A DNA stretch of 64,000 nucleotides, from the NCBI GenBank assembly GCA_964645535.1, contig CAZYCQ010000009.1, forward strand, positions 17,799 to 81,798. The letters are read 5' to 3'. Made by a program: the position numbers and the translations under genes. Shown here one piece after another: positions 45,819-55,728 of this stretch; position 1 is the stretch's first letter, and every line of letters starts with the position of its first letter. The notes under the pieces were generated by a model. That model was given only the letters and a program-made list of their open reading frames with translations, was not told the DNA's origin and searched no databases. This stretch comes from an uncultured archaeon (GTDB lineage Archaea; Asgardarchaeota; Heimdallarchaeia; Heimdallarchaeales; Kariarchaeaceae).

Positions 45819-48770
45819 GTGGACACGGATTTTTCTTTTGAGAACCCACATGCATTGTCAATTGATGAGGTGGTTGCACAAGCCAAAGTAAATCTTCAGA
45901 CGGGACTTTCCAATGAAGATGTCAACGAACGCCTTCAATTGGTTGGGAAAAATATTATTGAGGTAAAAAAGCCGGGAATCTGGACAGTTTATCTTGCCCC
46001 ATTGTTTGATACTTTGATCACTATCTATTTGGTAATGGCTGCGATCATGCTCTCATTATCCTTTGTTGTACCTGAGGTCAGAGGCCAAGTAACTTTTTGG
46101 CTTGTGGTCATTGCGCTGAACATGCTTCTTGCAATATTTCAGCAATATCGTGCACAAAAGAAAATTGAATCACTTAAAAATCTAAGTCCTCCCACCGCAA
46201 AAGTAATTCGGTCTGGTATCAAAACTGAAATTCTGGCAGAAAATCTTGTCGTGGGGGACATTATCGAGCTTTCTCTTGGTGACAAAGTTCCAGCAGACGC
46301 AAGGCTGATATCGACTAGTAACTTTACCGTCAATGAGGCCTCATTGACTGGAGAGAGCACCCCTGTAAGGAAATTTTCCGATGATGACTTACGACAGGGA
46401 CTCCCGAAAGATACCCCTATCGACGGAAGAAAGAATATGGTTTATCTTGGAACTTTTGTTCAGACAGGTTCTGCGACTGCTGTCGTTGTGGCAACAGGCA
46501 ATCGTACAGAATTGGGTTCAATTGCTTCAACCATGAATGAAATGCATACTGTAGAAATTCCCCTAAGATCCAAAATCAACCGTTTGGGTAAAGGTCTAGG
46601 AACACTTATGGTGTTCTTTCTTGTCATCGCAATTTTTGTTAGACTTTATCTTCGACTTTCCTCTAATCGTCCTCTTACCTTTATCGTTTTTGCAAAAGAT
46701 CTAACCGATAGCATTGTCAATGCAATGGCAGTCATGCCAATTAATATTCCTCTTCTAACGACGGTGGTCTTGATTACTGGCGTTTTACAGATGGCGACCA
46801 TAAATGTCATAGTCAAGAAATTATCGGTTGTGGAAACTCTTGGAAGAATATCTGTACTCTGTTCCGATAAAACAGGGACCATAACTACCTCCAAAATGTC
46901 TGTGGTACGTCTTTGGGATGGTAAGAACTATTATGGAGTTATCCAGGACGGTACGGGACCATCGATTTTTCCCATTGAGAATACTGACGATCTGTTTCAG
47001 ACTAATGTCGATGAAGAAATGCAAACAATACTCAACGAAATCGACGAAAATTCACAGCTCTTTCTCATGATTGCAGTTGCATCTAGAAACAACGATGCAA
47101 CTTTGGTTGAACAAAAACTTAAGGAAAAGGCATTTTTGGGATATGACGTGATCGGAAATCCAACGGATGGTGCTCTTCTTACTCTTTTACTCAAATCAGG
47201 TATTGATCCGCAAATAGTTTCCTCAAGATTCAATAGAATCAAATCTTATCCATTTGATTCCTCTCTCAAACGAATGTCAGGTCTTTTTGAGGATACCAGG
47301 ACTGGAAAACGATATGTCTTCACGAAAGGGGCAACAGATTTTATTCTCCCCTTATGCAATCGATATTCTGTCGATCTTACTCCCTTTGCCCTGACTGACG
47401 ACCATGTTGCCACGATTTTAGATAAAACAAATGCCTTTGCCGATCACGGTTTTCGTGTTATCTCTTTTGCATATCGCGAAGTTGATCAATCTTTTCCTGA
47501 TGAAGGAATGGATGAAGCTCAAGAACGTAAGGAGGCAGAATCCGATCTAATCTTTTTGGGCTTCTCCTGCATTTTGGATCCGCCACGTCAAGGTGTGGAA
47601 GAAGCCGTCGCCAAGCTTGATGAGGCAGGGATTTTTCCTGTCATGATTACAGGTGATTCTCCGGCAACCGCTGGAACCATTGCTAAACAAGTCGGAATTT
47701 TAGATCCTGATGAAAAAGTCGTAGAAGGAAAAGATATCCCTGATCTCTCTGATGAGGATTTCTTTAAGGTCTCTGTCTTTGCCCGGGTTTCTCCCCAAGA
47801 TAAGAAAGTGATTGTGGAAAGATACCAGGAAAAGGGACGTGTTGTCGCCATGACTGGTGATGGTGTAAACGATGCATTGGCAATTACGCTTGCAGATGCT
47901 GGTGTAGCCATGGGAATCACTGGAACTGAAGTTACCAAAGAAGCTGCTGATATCATTCTTGCTGACGATTCCTATGTCAGCCTTGTTAGTGGAGTGGAAG
48001 AAGGCAGAAATCTTTTTGAAAAGATCAGGATGATGATTTTCTTTTATATTGCCGTGAATTTCGCTGAAGCAATCATGTATTTCTCGACACAATTCCTGAT
48101 GGACGGATCTGATTTCCTTCAGTTGCTCAACAATTTCCAACGAACCTATATTTTCTCAATTGCTCATGCCTTTCCTCCATTGGCAATTATCTTTGGAAAC
48201 AAGGACAAAGACATCATGCGTCTCAAGCCAAGGGAACATAGTGAACTTCTTCCCAAGAATTTGGTCATGGCTCTTTTCCTCTTTGGGATTACACTTGCCA
48301 CATCGTTGCTCTTTATCTATTTCAGTCACGATGATCTGTTTCTGGGGATTTTCGGGCTGAATTCTTTTAATAAGATGGGATTTATCCCCGAACTTTCATC
48401 ATTGGGGAACTACAAGCAACCGAGAAATTTGAACCAAGCCAAAGCACGTACAATGTTACTGACAGTCATTTATATTGCAGAGACAACTTTGGTGCTTAGT
48501 ATCCGAAGGATAAACAAAAACATCATAGAAGGTTCAAAGGATGTTAACCTCTTTATCCTTCTGACAACTTTCCTTCCTCTTGCTATCCATTTTATGCTCA
48601 TCTACATATTTCCAATTCAGAATTTTTTGGTTTCCTTTTTTGGAATCAACATTGATTTGGTTCTTCTTGGACCAACGGATGTGCTTTTGGCTCTGTTTTT
48701 CGGACTCCTTCCCATTTTCGTTCTCGAAGGATACAAATGGCTCGTTCGAAAGAAAGGGATGCAATTTTAG
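45819..48770 (+). CDS. P-type ATPase, P2 (SERCA/SPCA)-like scaffold with non-canonical transport site
   Basis: LTGES, CSDKTGT, KGA, DPPR, MITGD, TGDGVND; TM4 is PINIP instead of PEGLP. Confidence 0.95.
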   Translation: MDTDFSFENPHALSIDEVVAQAKVNLQTGLSNEDVNERLQLVGKNIIEVKKPGIWTVYLAPLFDTLITIYLVMAAIMLSLSFVVPEVRGQVTFWLVVIALNMLLAIFQQYRAQKKIESLKNLSPPTAKVIRSGIKTEILAENLVVGDIIELSLGDKVPADARLISTSNFTVNEASLTGESTPVRKFSDDDLRQGLPKDTPIDGRKNMVYLGTFVQTGSATAVVVATGNRTELGSIASTMNEMHTVEIPLRSKINRLGKGLGTLMVFFLVIAIFVRLYLRLSSNRPLTFIVFAKDLTDSIVNAMAVMPINIPLLTTVVLITGVLQMATINVIVKKLSVVETLGRISVLCSDKTGTITTSKMSVVRLWDGKNYYGVIQDGTGPSIFPIENTDDLFQTNVDEEMQTILNEIDENSQLFLMIAVASRNNDATLVEQKLKEKAFLGYDVIGNPTDGALLTLLLKSGIDPQIVSSRFNRIKSYPFDSSLKRMSGLFEDTRTGKRYVFTKGATDFILPLCNRYSVDLTPFALTDDHVATILDKTNAFADHGFRVISFAYREVDQSFPDEGMDEAQERKEAESDLIFLGFSCILDPPRQGVEEAVAKLDEAGIFPVMITGDSPATAGTIAKQVGILDPDEKVVEGKDIPDLSDEDFFKVSVFARVSPQDKKVIVERYQEKGRVVAMTGDGVNDALAITLADAGVAMGITGTEVTKEAADIILADDSYVSLVSGVEEGRNLFEKIRMMIFFYIAVNFAEAIMYFSTQFLMDGSDFLQLLNNFQRTYIFSIAHAFPPLAIIFGNKDKDIMRLKPREHSELLPKNLVMALFLFGITLATSLLFIYFSHDDLFLGIFGLNSFNKMGFIPELSSLGNYKQPRNLNQAKARTMLLTVIYIAETTLVLSIRRINKNIIEGSKDVNLFILLTTFLPLAIHFMLIYIFPIQNFLVSFFGINIDLVLLGPTDVLLALFFGLLPIFVLEGYKWLVRKKGMQF

Positions 48771-48878
48771 AATGCGTACGCATTTATCTAGAAATTAATA
48801 AATAACAATGTATTCACTTCAGATAAAGAGCCAAACTTCATTCTTGGTTTGGTTCAATAATTTTTCGGGGTTTTTCTG

Positions 48879-50792
48879 TTGAAGGATTATCAGACACTTG
48901 AGGAAATTAAGCGGGAAGTCCAAAAAATCATGCCATCTTCTGCAAAAGTAAGTGAAATTGAATTTGAGGGATCCGAAGTTGCAGTTTACTGTAAATCAAT
49001 TGATGTTGTCGTTGATGACCCATCGCTCATTTCCACACTTGCAAGGTCACTCCGTCGACGTGTAGTTATTCGTTCCGATCCCTCCATACGTCTTGATCCT
49101 TCAAGTGCAGAAGGTATTGTAAAAGATGAAATCAATGATTTGGCCAATATTTCATATATCGATTTTGACCATGCAATGGGTGAAGTAATTGTTGAATTGG
49201 ATCGCCCCGAACTTTTCCAAAACCGAAACAATGAAATTGCCAATAGCATTCTCCTGAAAACAGGATGGAGACCGCACTTTTATCGTACTCCTCCCATTGA
49301 ATCTCAAATGATCAAATCCATTCGGCACATTCTTTTTTCAGAAACAGAGAGCAGGAAAAAAGCCCTCAAAAAAATTGGCCATATTATCAACCGTCCTACC
49401 TTTTTCAGAGAAAAGATATTGCGTATTACTGCGCTTGGTGGCTATCTCGAAGTCGGAAGATCTTCCACCCTTCTCCAAACCGGAGATGCAAACATTATCG
49501 TCGATTGTGGTGTCAATGTAGGATATGATGCTCCTGTTCAGTATCTTCCTCGTTTTGATCTTCCGGAATTTGATATTAACACACTTGACGCGGTTGTCAT
49601 CACCCATGCTCATCTTGACCATTCAGGTTTTGTTCCCTACTTATTCAAATACGGATATCGGGGACCTGTATATTGTACACCCCCTACGCTTTATCTTATG
49701 ACACTTCTCCAACTTGACTACCTTGATGTTGCAGAAGCTGAAGGAAAGCTTCCACCTTATTCCAAGTCGGATATTCGGGAAGCAGTTCTCCATACAATCC
49801 CCCTGAACTATGGCGAGGTGACCGACATTGCGGCAGGTGTCAAGTTGACCTTCCATAACGCAGGTCATATTGTGGGCTCAGCAATCGCACATATGCATAT
49901 CGGAAATGGATTGCATAACATCGCATTCGCCCATGATTTTCGATTTGCCAAATCAAGAACGCTTGATCGTGCAGCCCATAAATTTCTTAGACTTGAAACT
50001 TTAGTGATGGAATCAACCTATGGCAATCCTAAAGATGTTGTACCTAGCAGGGAGGAATCCGAAAAACAATTGAAAGAGATCATTATCAAAACAATAAACA
50101 GGGGAGGAAAGGTGTTAATCCCTGTACTTGCAGTTGGACGGGCACAAGAGCTAATGGTCATCGTTGAAGAACTCATCAGCTCCCAACAGATCCCTGAAGT
50201 TCCTGTCTTTGTTGACGGGATGATCCGAGAGGCAAATGCCATCACAACCGCTTTTCCCGAGTTTCTTTCAAAGGAATTGCAGGATCGTATTCTCAACAAC
50301 CAAGACAACCCATTTTTGGCACCCTTTTTCCACAATATTTCTGACAGTACTACTCGGGAAGAGATTGTATTGGGGGATCCATGTATCATATTTGCTACCA
50401 GTGGCATGCTTGCCGGCGGCCCTTCCCTTCAATACTTCACTGCCCTTGCTGAAGACCCTAAAAATTCCTTGGTGATTGTTTCCTATCAAGGTAAAGGTAC
50501 TTTAGGTCGAAAAGTGGAAGATGGTGCAAAAGAAATAAAGATGAAGGATGAAAAGGGTAAAACCTATTTGCTCAAGGTCAATATGGAGGTTCATAAGATA
50601 TCTGGTTTTACTGGCCATAGTGATCGAAATGAGTTGATGGAATATGTCAGGAGGTTGGTTCCACGTCCAAAACGTTTCGTTATGGTTCATGGAGAAGAAA
50701 CAAAGTGCAAAAATTTAGCGAAGAGCGTTGGCAAATCGGTTAAACGCGAGGCTCTTGCCCCTCCGATTGGAACCACAATTTGCCTTACCTAA
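48879..50792 (+). CDS. fttA: aCPSF1/FttA: KH-domain beta-CASP ribonuclease and transcription termination factor
   Basis: N-terminal KH domains (EFEG, GWRP..RTPP), EVGRS, THAHLDH, AGH, MESTYG, GRAQE, GHSD, HGE. Confidence 0.95.
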   Translation: MKDYQTLEEIKREVQKIMPSSAKVSEIEFEGSEVAVYCKSIDVVVDDPSLISTLARSLRRRVVIRSDPSIRLDPSSAEGIVKDEINDLANISYIDFDHAMGEVIVELDRPELFQNRNNEIANSILLKTGWRPHFYRTPPIESQMIKSIRHILFSETESRKKALKKIGHIINRPTFFREKILRITALGGYLEVGRSSTLLQTGDANIIVDCGVNVGYDAPVQYLPRFDLPEFDINTLDAVVITHAHLDHSGFVPYLFKYGYRGPVYCTPPTLYLMTLLQLDYLDVAEAEGKLPPYSKSDIREAVLHTIPLNYGEVTDIAAGVKLTFHNAGHIVGSAIAHMHIGNGLHNIAFAHDFRFAKSRTLDRAAHKFLRLETLVMESTYGNPKDVVPSREESEKQLKEIIIKTINRGGKVLIPVLAVGRAQELMVIVEELISSQQIPEVPVFVDGMIREANAITTAFPEFLSKELQDRILNNQDNPFLAPFFHNISDSTTREEIVLGDPCIIFATSGMLAGGPSLQYFTALAEDPKNSLVIVSYQGKGTLGRKVEDGAKEIKMKDEKGKTYLLKVNMEVHKISGFTGHSDRNELMEYVRRLVPRPKRFVMVHGEETKCKNLAKSVGKSVKREALAPPIGTTICLT

Positions 50793-50836
50793 TCAATCCT
50801 AAAAGCTAAAAGGTTCTTATTGGTAATTACCTTGAA

Positions 50837-51322
50837 ATGACTAAGAAAGCTGTTCCCATTTCGGGAAAGGAAAAAAAGGAACTAATCCGGCAACTGAAAG
50901 GAATTATTCCAAGCATTGATTCGATACTTACCAAAAAGGCCATGGTCACCAAATATCTGGTTCCTGAAGGTGAGATATACACTTTGGAGCAAACTCCCAT
51001 ATTGCTTAGAGTTAAGGGTTATCTCATTCCATCGCTTAAACTTGTACAGAAAGTTGAAACAAAGTTACCGAAGGTAAAGGTAGATACCGGTGCAATCAGA
51101 TTTGTAACAAATGGGGCTGATGTCATGCGTCCCGGAATCACGTGGATTGACTCTGAAGTGGTCGAAAATGAACCGGTATTGATTGTTGAGGAGACCAAGG
51201 AATCCCCGTTGGCCATTGGAATTGCTAAGTTCGATGCAGTTGACATGAATGCAATGGAAAACGGGAAAGTTATCCGAACAATTCATCATCTGACAGATAA
51301 ATTTTGGTCATTTGTACCATAG
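50837..51322 (+). CDS. PUA-domain RNA-binding protein (DUF1947/Tma20-MCT-1-like)
   Basis: PKVKVDTGAIRFVTNGADVMRPGI, IHHLTDKFW. Confidence 0.9.
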   Translation: MTKKAVPISGKEKKELIRQLKGIIPSIDSILTKKAMVTKYLVPEGEIYTLEQTPILLRVKGYLIPSLKLVQKVETKLPKVKVDTGAIRFVTNGADVMRPGITWIDSEVVENEPVLIVEETKESPLAIGIAKFDAVDMNAMENGKVIRTIHHLTDKFWSFVP

Positions 51323-52017
51323 AATGGTTCTACAAATCCTATGAATTTGTTTGACGCCCATCTTGCTCCATGCCCGCTGACAAGCCTTGCCTCATAGATG
51401 TATTTGTGCCTAAAATGACCATACATATTCCACCATGTCTTATGTTCCAGAATCTGGTAAATCCAGTTGATGGCCTGCTGATTTCTTTCTTTGATGCCTC
51501 CCTTTGCTTTTCCCCAGAAACTAGATCGTGCCTGATGTTTGGACAAGGCTCTTGCAGCAACGATCAGTTCCGTCTCTTTATGTTTTTCTTCGGCTAACCT
51601 TACCAAAGTTTCAGATTTGGGAATTTTGGTTTGGCAATCTGTAATGCTACCTTGTGTAAATCTCTGTCCTGCCAAACTTCTTACTTCTATACATGTGAGT
51701 TTCGTTTTGCTCAATCGAGATTCCTTGGCAAATCTGGACAGTTCTTCAATAAATTTCTCAATGATTGCTGCTCTGTCTATCTGCACTTCAATGTCTGGGA
51801 AGGGAGGGGCAACATTAATCCGTCCTTCTTCAATAAATACAGTCAAGGTTTTAACCACTTGGGCTATTGTTTCGGAATTGACAAATTGATAGTTTGAAAG
51901 ATAAGCATGAACAAGATTGCGAATTCTCTCTTCATTGGAGAATATATTCGTCCACGAATCGTTCAATTTCCTCGCCAATATTGGATTCATTGAAGATGGC
52001 AGGTTCCACCATGTCAT
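51286..52017 (-). CDS. Conserved hypothetical protein resembling the domain that accompanies some ASCH proteins
   Basis: ARALSKH..RS.FWG...G, W.N.Y.H, YEAR...GHGARW...FIGFVEP; true start uncertain. Confidence 0.6.
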   Translation of the reverse strand: MTWWNLPSSMNPILARKLNDSWTNIFSNEERIRNLVHAYLSNYQFVNSETIAQVVKTLTVFIEEGRINVAPPFPDIEVQIDRAAIIEKFIEELSRFAKESRLSKTKLTCIEVRSLAGQRFTQGSITDCQTKIPKSETLVRLAEEKHKETELIVAARALSKHQARSSFWGKAKGGIKERNQQAINWIYQILEHKTWWNMYGHFRHKYIYEARLVSGHGARWASNKFIGFVEPFYGTNDQNLSVR

Positions 52018-52726
52018 TGAGCAATCGAAGATTGAACATCATATCCAATGGCAATGTTGCCGCATGGTGCAACCCCATTCCCTCTAATCTTTGATTCCAT
52101 CGTGTAATGAATTGGTTAAGCAACGAGCCTTCTGTCTCATTGGTGATTTTCGGCACTTGGTTCCAAATAAAGAGGTCTTTACGCGATTTCATGTCTTTCA
52201 ATATTCTAAATAGTTCCTGAATGAACAACTCTGTGGCTCCCACTCCGTAGTTAGTTGGACGAACCACTAAAATGCTGATGTCTGCCAAAATCAGATTATT
52301 GATTGAATTCATCGAAGTACCTGATTGGTTGTCTAAAATCAGGAAATCATAACCCATTTCATATATTTTCTTCTGTGCAATCAAGCTATTTTTCAGTGCT
52401 TTTTCCCACCATAGATCTGCATTCCCTTTGAGAAACTTCAATCCCATTTTCGGAGAGGATGTATAGATGATGTCTAAATTTTGAAACTTTGAGGGGTGTA
52501 TCAGGTTTCGTATATCAATCTCTTCGCCCTTTTCGAGATAGTCCGTCCAATATAGGATCTCTGGTTTTTGTGGAGGAAGGAAATGAATTAGGGAAGGGGC
52601 TTCGAGATCAACATCAATAATCAACGATTTATATCCTTTCTTACCCAAGGCAACTCCTATGCCCAAAGAAGTGATGGTCTTTCCTGAACCACCTCTGGTA
52701 GAATAAACTGTTATGGTCTTTTTCAA
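51932..52726 (-). CDS. MinD/ParA-family ATPase
   Basis: STRGGSGKT, IDVDLEAP, YDFLILD, WNQVP; GGAGG before the TTG start. Confidence 0.9.
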   Translation of the reverse strand: MKKTITVYSTRGGSGKTITSLGIGVALGKKGYKSLIIDVDLEAPSLIHFLPPQKPEILYWTDYLEKGEEIDIRNLIHPSKFQNLDIIYTSSPKMGLKFLKGNADLWWEKALKNSLIAQKKIYEMGYDFLILDNQSGTSMNSINNLILADISILVVRPTNYGVGATELFIQELFRILKDMKSRKDLFIWNQVPKITNETEGSLLNQFITRWNQRLEGMGLHHAATLPLDMMFNLRLLNDMVEPAIFNESNIGEEIERFVDEYILQ

Positions 52727-52737
52727 ATCATTTCCTC

Positions 52738-53445
52738 CTAAAGTGGAACGATCATTTCCTCCCCATTCCTGTTTTCAATTTTCACAAGCCCGTAACGAAC
52801 CAGATCCTTCAATATCTCATCATCAAAGTTGAAATCTTCCCGTTTCACTCCAGTGGGATTCAACATCAGGAATTTTCCAGCCTTTTTGATTTCTTCTGGA
52901 AGAGTTACTAGAAAAGAAAGGTTGAACAGGCTTTTCTCTCCTCTAGGAACTTTTGGAAGCATCTCGATGAGGAAATCCCGGATTTTCCTCAATTCTGTCT
53001 CTGCCATGACTTTGAAATGGTCATCAACTGATGTAGGTGTAATATGTGAATAATCAATCTTCCGTGCGAATTCCCTGATCCTATTTTCTAATTGAACCTC
53101 TAGTTGTCTCATTATGGCCTTCCATTCAATGGGGAAAAACACCACAATGATAATATGCAAGTTGACCAGCTCTGGATCTTCAGGCCGTATTTGAAAGAAA
53201 TAGAATTCCAAATTATTGTCTTGAATCTCGGAAACGGGCACAGGACCCTGCAATTGCAATTGCGGTGTTCGGTGATTTGCCATGCCACAGAGAATAACCA
53301 CTCGGGAGGCGAACATCATTTCCGATGCAGGGTCCATGAATTCAAGACCCGTATCCGTAATATATGTGGGACCCGAGGATTCAAGATTTACGACAACTGC
53401 CAATCCCACATCATTAAGGCTCATCATATTGTCTTCGATTTTCAA
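52738..53445 (-). CDS. Longin/uDENN-like domain + C-terminal winged helix protein
   Basis: Hydrophobic strand-SGP, GPVPV, FYFF, IIVVFF pattern; C-terminal L..L...GLVKI wing. Confidence 0.45.
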   Translation of the reverse strand: MKIEDNMMSLNDVGLAVVVNLESSGPTYITDTGLEFMDPASEMMFASRVVILCGMANHRTPQLQLQGPVPVSEIQDNNLEFYFFQIRPEDPELVNLHIIIVVFFPIEWKAIMRQLEVQLENRIREFARKIDYSHITPTSVDDHFKVMAETELRKIRDFLIEMLPKVPRGEKSLFNLSFLVTLPEEIKKAGKFLMLNPTGVKREDFNFDDEILKDLVRYGLVKIENRNGEEMIVPL

Positions 53446-53503
53446 TTAATAAAGCGTTTCTCAAGAAATCCAATTTTTACGTTACAAATTGCCTGACTTT
53501 ATG

Positions 53504-54355
53504 TCACTCAATAGACTGAAGGAAGTGTTGAACTTCTTCGAGATTTCCTGCAAAGCCCCCCCATAATTTTCTCATACTAACTGGAAGTATTTTTGTTCCT
53601 GTCAGATCAAGTTGTTTCAACTGAGTCAAATTTTTGAGATCGGCAGGGATTTCCCTGATGTCTGTATGACGTAATCTTAGTTCCTCAAGGACGGTCATTT
53701 TGGTCAAAACCTCTGGAAAAACAGCAATTGGGTTGCCGGTCAAGTCCAAGGTAGAGAGGTTCTTAAGGTTGATAAGGCTCTGCGGTAAACTTGTAATTTG
53801 ATTTTCTTCTAAATAGAGCTCTTCAAGTGAAACCATGTCTCCAATGGATTGGGGTAAGGATTTCAAGTTTGTTCGACTGCAATAAAGCCTTACCAGTTTC
53901 TTCAGATTGCCAATGGCATTGGGCAATGCTTCGATCGGATTTTTGTCCAAATGGAGTATTCTGAGATTTTCAAGGTAGCAAATTTGTATGGGTACTGTTT
54001 CAAGGCTATTTTCAGTAAAATCAATTTCTTCAAGGTTCTTTAATCCACTTGAATTTTCAATGAAGCTTGATAATTTATTGTGGCGAAGATTAAGGAATTC
54101 AAGAGATTTCAAATCTCCAAGCTCTTCAGGTAACGACGAAATTCTATTGTAGGAGAGATCAAGAGAAAGTAGATGACGAAATGAGCCAACAACAGGAGGA
54201 ATTTTTTCCAGAATGAGCGAGGAAAGGTCTAGATAAATTAACTTTCCTTCCCTGAACTCAACGCGGTTTCCTTGGATATAAAGCCGCAACTGACGTTCAA
54301 GCTCCGTCAATAATTGATAGTCATTCTTTTCTGTTACCTGTGGCTCATTTTCCAT
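53504..54355 (-). CDS. Leucine-rich repeat protein (23-aa repeats)
   Basis: About 9 LxxLxLxxNxLxxLPxxIGxL repeats. Confidence 0.95.
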   Translation of the reverse strand: MENEPQVTEKNDYQLLTELERQLRLYIQGNRVEFREGKLIYLDLSSLILEKIPPVVGSFRHLLSLDLSYNRISSLPEELGDLKSLEFLNLRHNKLSSFIENSSGLKNLEEIDFTENSLETVPIQICYLENLRILHLDKNPIEALPNAIGNLKKLVRLYCSRTNLKSLPQSIGDMVSLEELYLEENQITSLPQSLINLKNLSTLDLTGNPIAVFPEVLTKMTVLEELRLRHTDIREIPADLKNLTQLKQLDLTGTKILPVSMRKLWGGFAGNLEEVQHFLQSIE

Positions 54356-54477
54356 ACTAGATGTGTGGATTTATTTTAGAAAAAGGTTATCAAACATGTC
54401 TATAAAATACAATTCTAAATTTTGCACCACTTTTTCCGAAATAGGATAAAATTTAATCTGGTAGCAGATGCAATGAT

Positions 54478-55386
54478 ATGGAAAAAACTGATGTTGCAAT
54501 TATACAAATGGCACCAATTTTCCTGAACAAAGAGGAAACCATCTCGAAATTGATTACTTTTATCGACAAAACTGAGGGAGCCTCCATTGTCACTTGGGGG
54601 GAATCCCTTATCCCTGGCTATCCACAATGGCTGGCAATGACTGGTGGTGCAAAATTCAATGATCCTGACCAAAAAAGAGCCTACTCTACCTATTGGAAAA
54701 ACTCTATTGATTTGAACAGTGATGACCTCAATCCCCTGTTGGAAGCCGCAAAGCGAAATTCCGCTTACTTGGTGGGAGGAATAACGGAACGTTCTGGCGG
54801 TTCATTATACTGCACTTTGATAACAATTGGTCCTGATGGAACTCTGTTGGGGCGGCATAGAAAGGTTAAACCAACATATGAAGAACGTCTAGTTTGGGCT
54901 GATGGCGATTCAATCGGATTGCGAACCTATGATACACCATTCGGAAAAATCGGGGCATTGAACTGCTGGGAGAACTGGTTGCCAATGGCTCGAGCCTCAC
55001 TTCATGCCCAAGGTGAATTTGTTCATGTTTCTGTTTGGCCTGGAAGTCTTTCCTTAACTGAAAACATATCAAAATTCACTGCAATAGAAGGGAGAATGTA
55101 TGTGATTGCCTCTTCTGCCATTCTCCGCGGATCGGACTTTGAACACTTGGACAAGGACGCATTTCCGATGAAGGAAGAAATGCTTCAGCATGATGTAATA
55201 AAGGATGGCGGTTCAATGATTGTTGATCCAAAAGGGAACATTGTTGCAGGTCCTCTTCTCAATGAGGAAGGCATCATCAGAGGGACACTTAACTTGGACA
55301 CGATTTTGGAAGAAAGACAGAATTTTGATTATTCTGGGAATTATTCGCGATGGGACATTTTCTCCTATCCACTTAGAAAAGCTTGA
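54478..55386 (+). CDS. Nitrilase (carbon-nitrogen hydrolase)
   Basis: GES..PGYP, HRKVKPT..ER.VW, LNCWEN. Confidence 0.93.
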   Translation: MEKTDVAIIQMAPIFLNKEETISKLITFIDKTEGASIVTWGESLIPGYPQWLAMTGGAKFNDPDQKRAYSTYWKNSIDLNSDDLNPLLEAAKRNSAYLVGGITERSGGSLYCTLITIGPDGTLLGRHRKVKPTYEERLVWADGDSIGLRTYDTPFGKIGALNCWENWLPMARASLHAQGEFVHVSVWPGSLSLTENISKFTAIEGRMYVIASSAILRGSDFEHLDKDAFPMKEEMLQHDVIKDGGSMIVDPKGNIVAGPLLNEEGIIRGTLNLDTILEERQNFDYSGNYSRWDIFSYPLRKA

Positions 55387-55687
55387 TGCAGTTAATTTCA
55401 ACTTCTTCACAATCAAAGAAACGATAATGCCATGCACTGACAACAGGGTAGTCTGGCGGTTGGTAACCTTGGGCTTCAACAGTGAAGGAGGATCCGCAAA
55501 CACATCTGATTTCTGCAAGATAGACATACCTATAGGCAGTCTTTCCATCTACTCCTTCGATCATCGTTCGGGCAAGTTCCCAATCTCTGACTTCATGGAC
55601 TTTCTTGCAGGTGTCACAACAGACCAGAACCTCGTCAAGCACAAAGAATATTGAATACAGAACATTAAGAACATTTAGAAAATCCAA
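55373..55687 (-). CDS. Small Cys-rich (zinc-ribbon-like) hypothetical protein
   Basis: CDTC ... CVCG ... C..C; fills the gap between genes. Confidence 0.6.
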   Translation of the reverse strand: MDFLNVLNVLYSIFFVLDEVLVCCDTCKKVHEVRDWELARTMIEGVDGKTAYRYVYLAEIRCVCGSSFTVEAQGYQPPDYPVVSAWHYRFFDCEEVEINCIKLF

Positions 55688-55728
55688 TTAAAACAAGTTT
55701 AAATTTCGGGAAAATAATCTATTAATGA

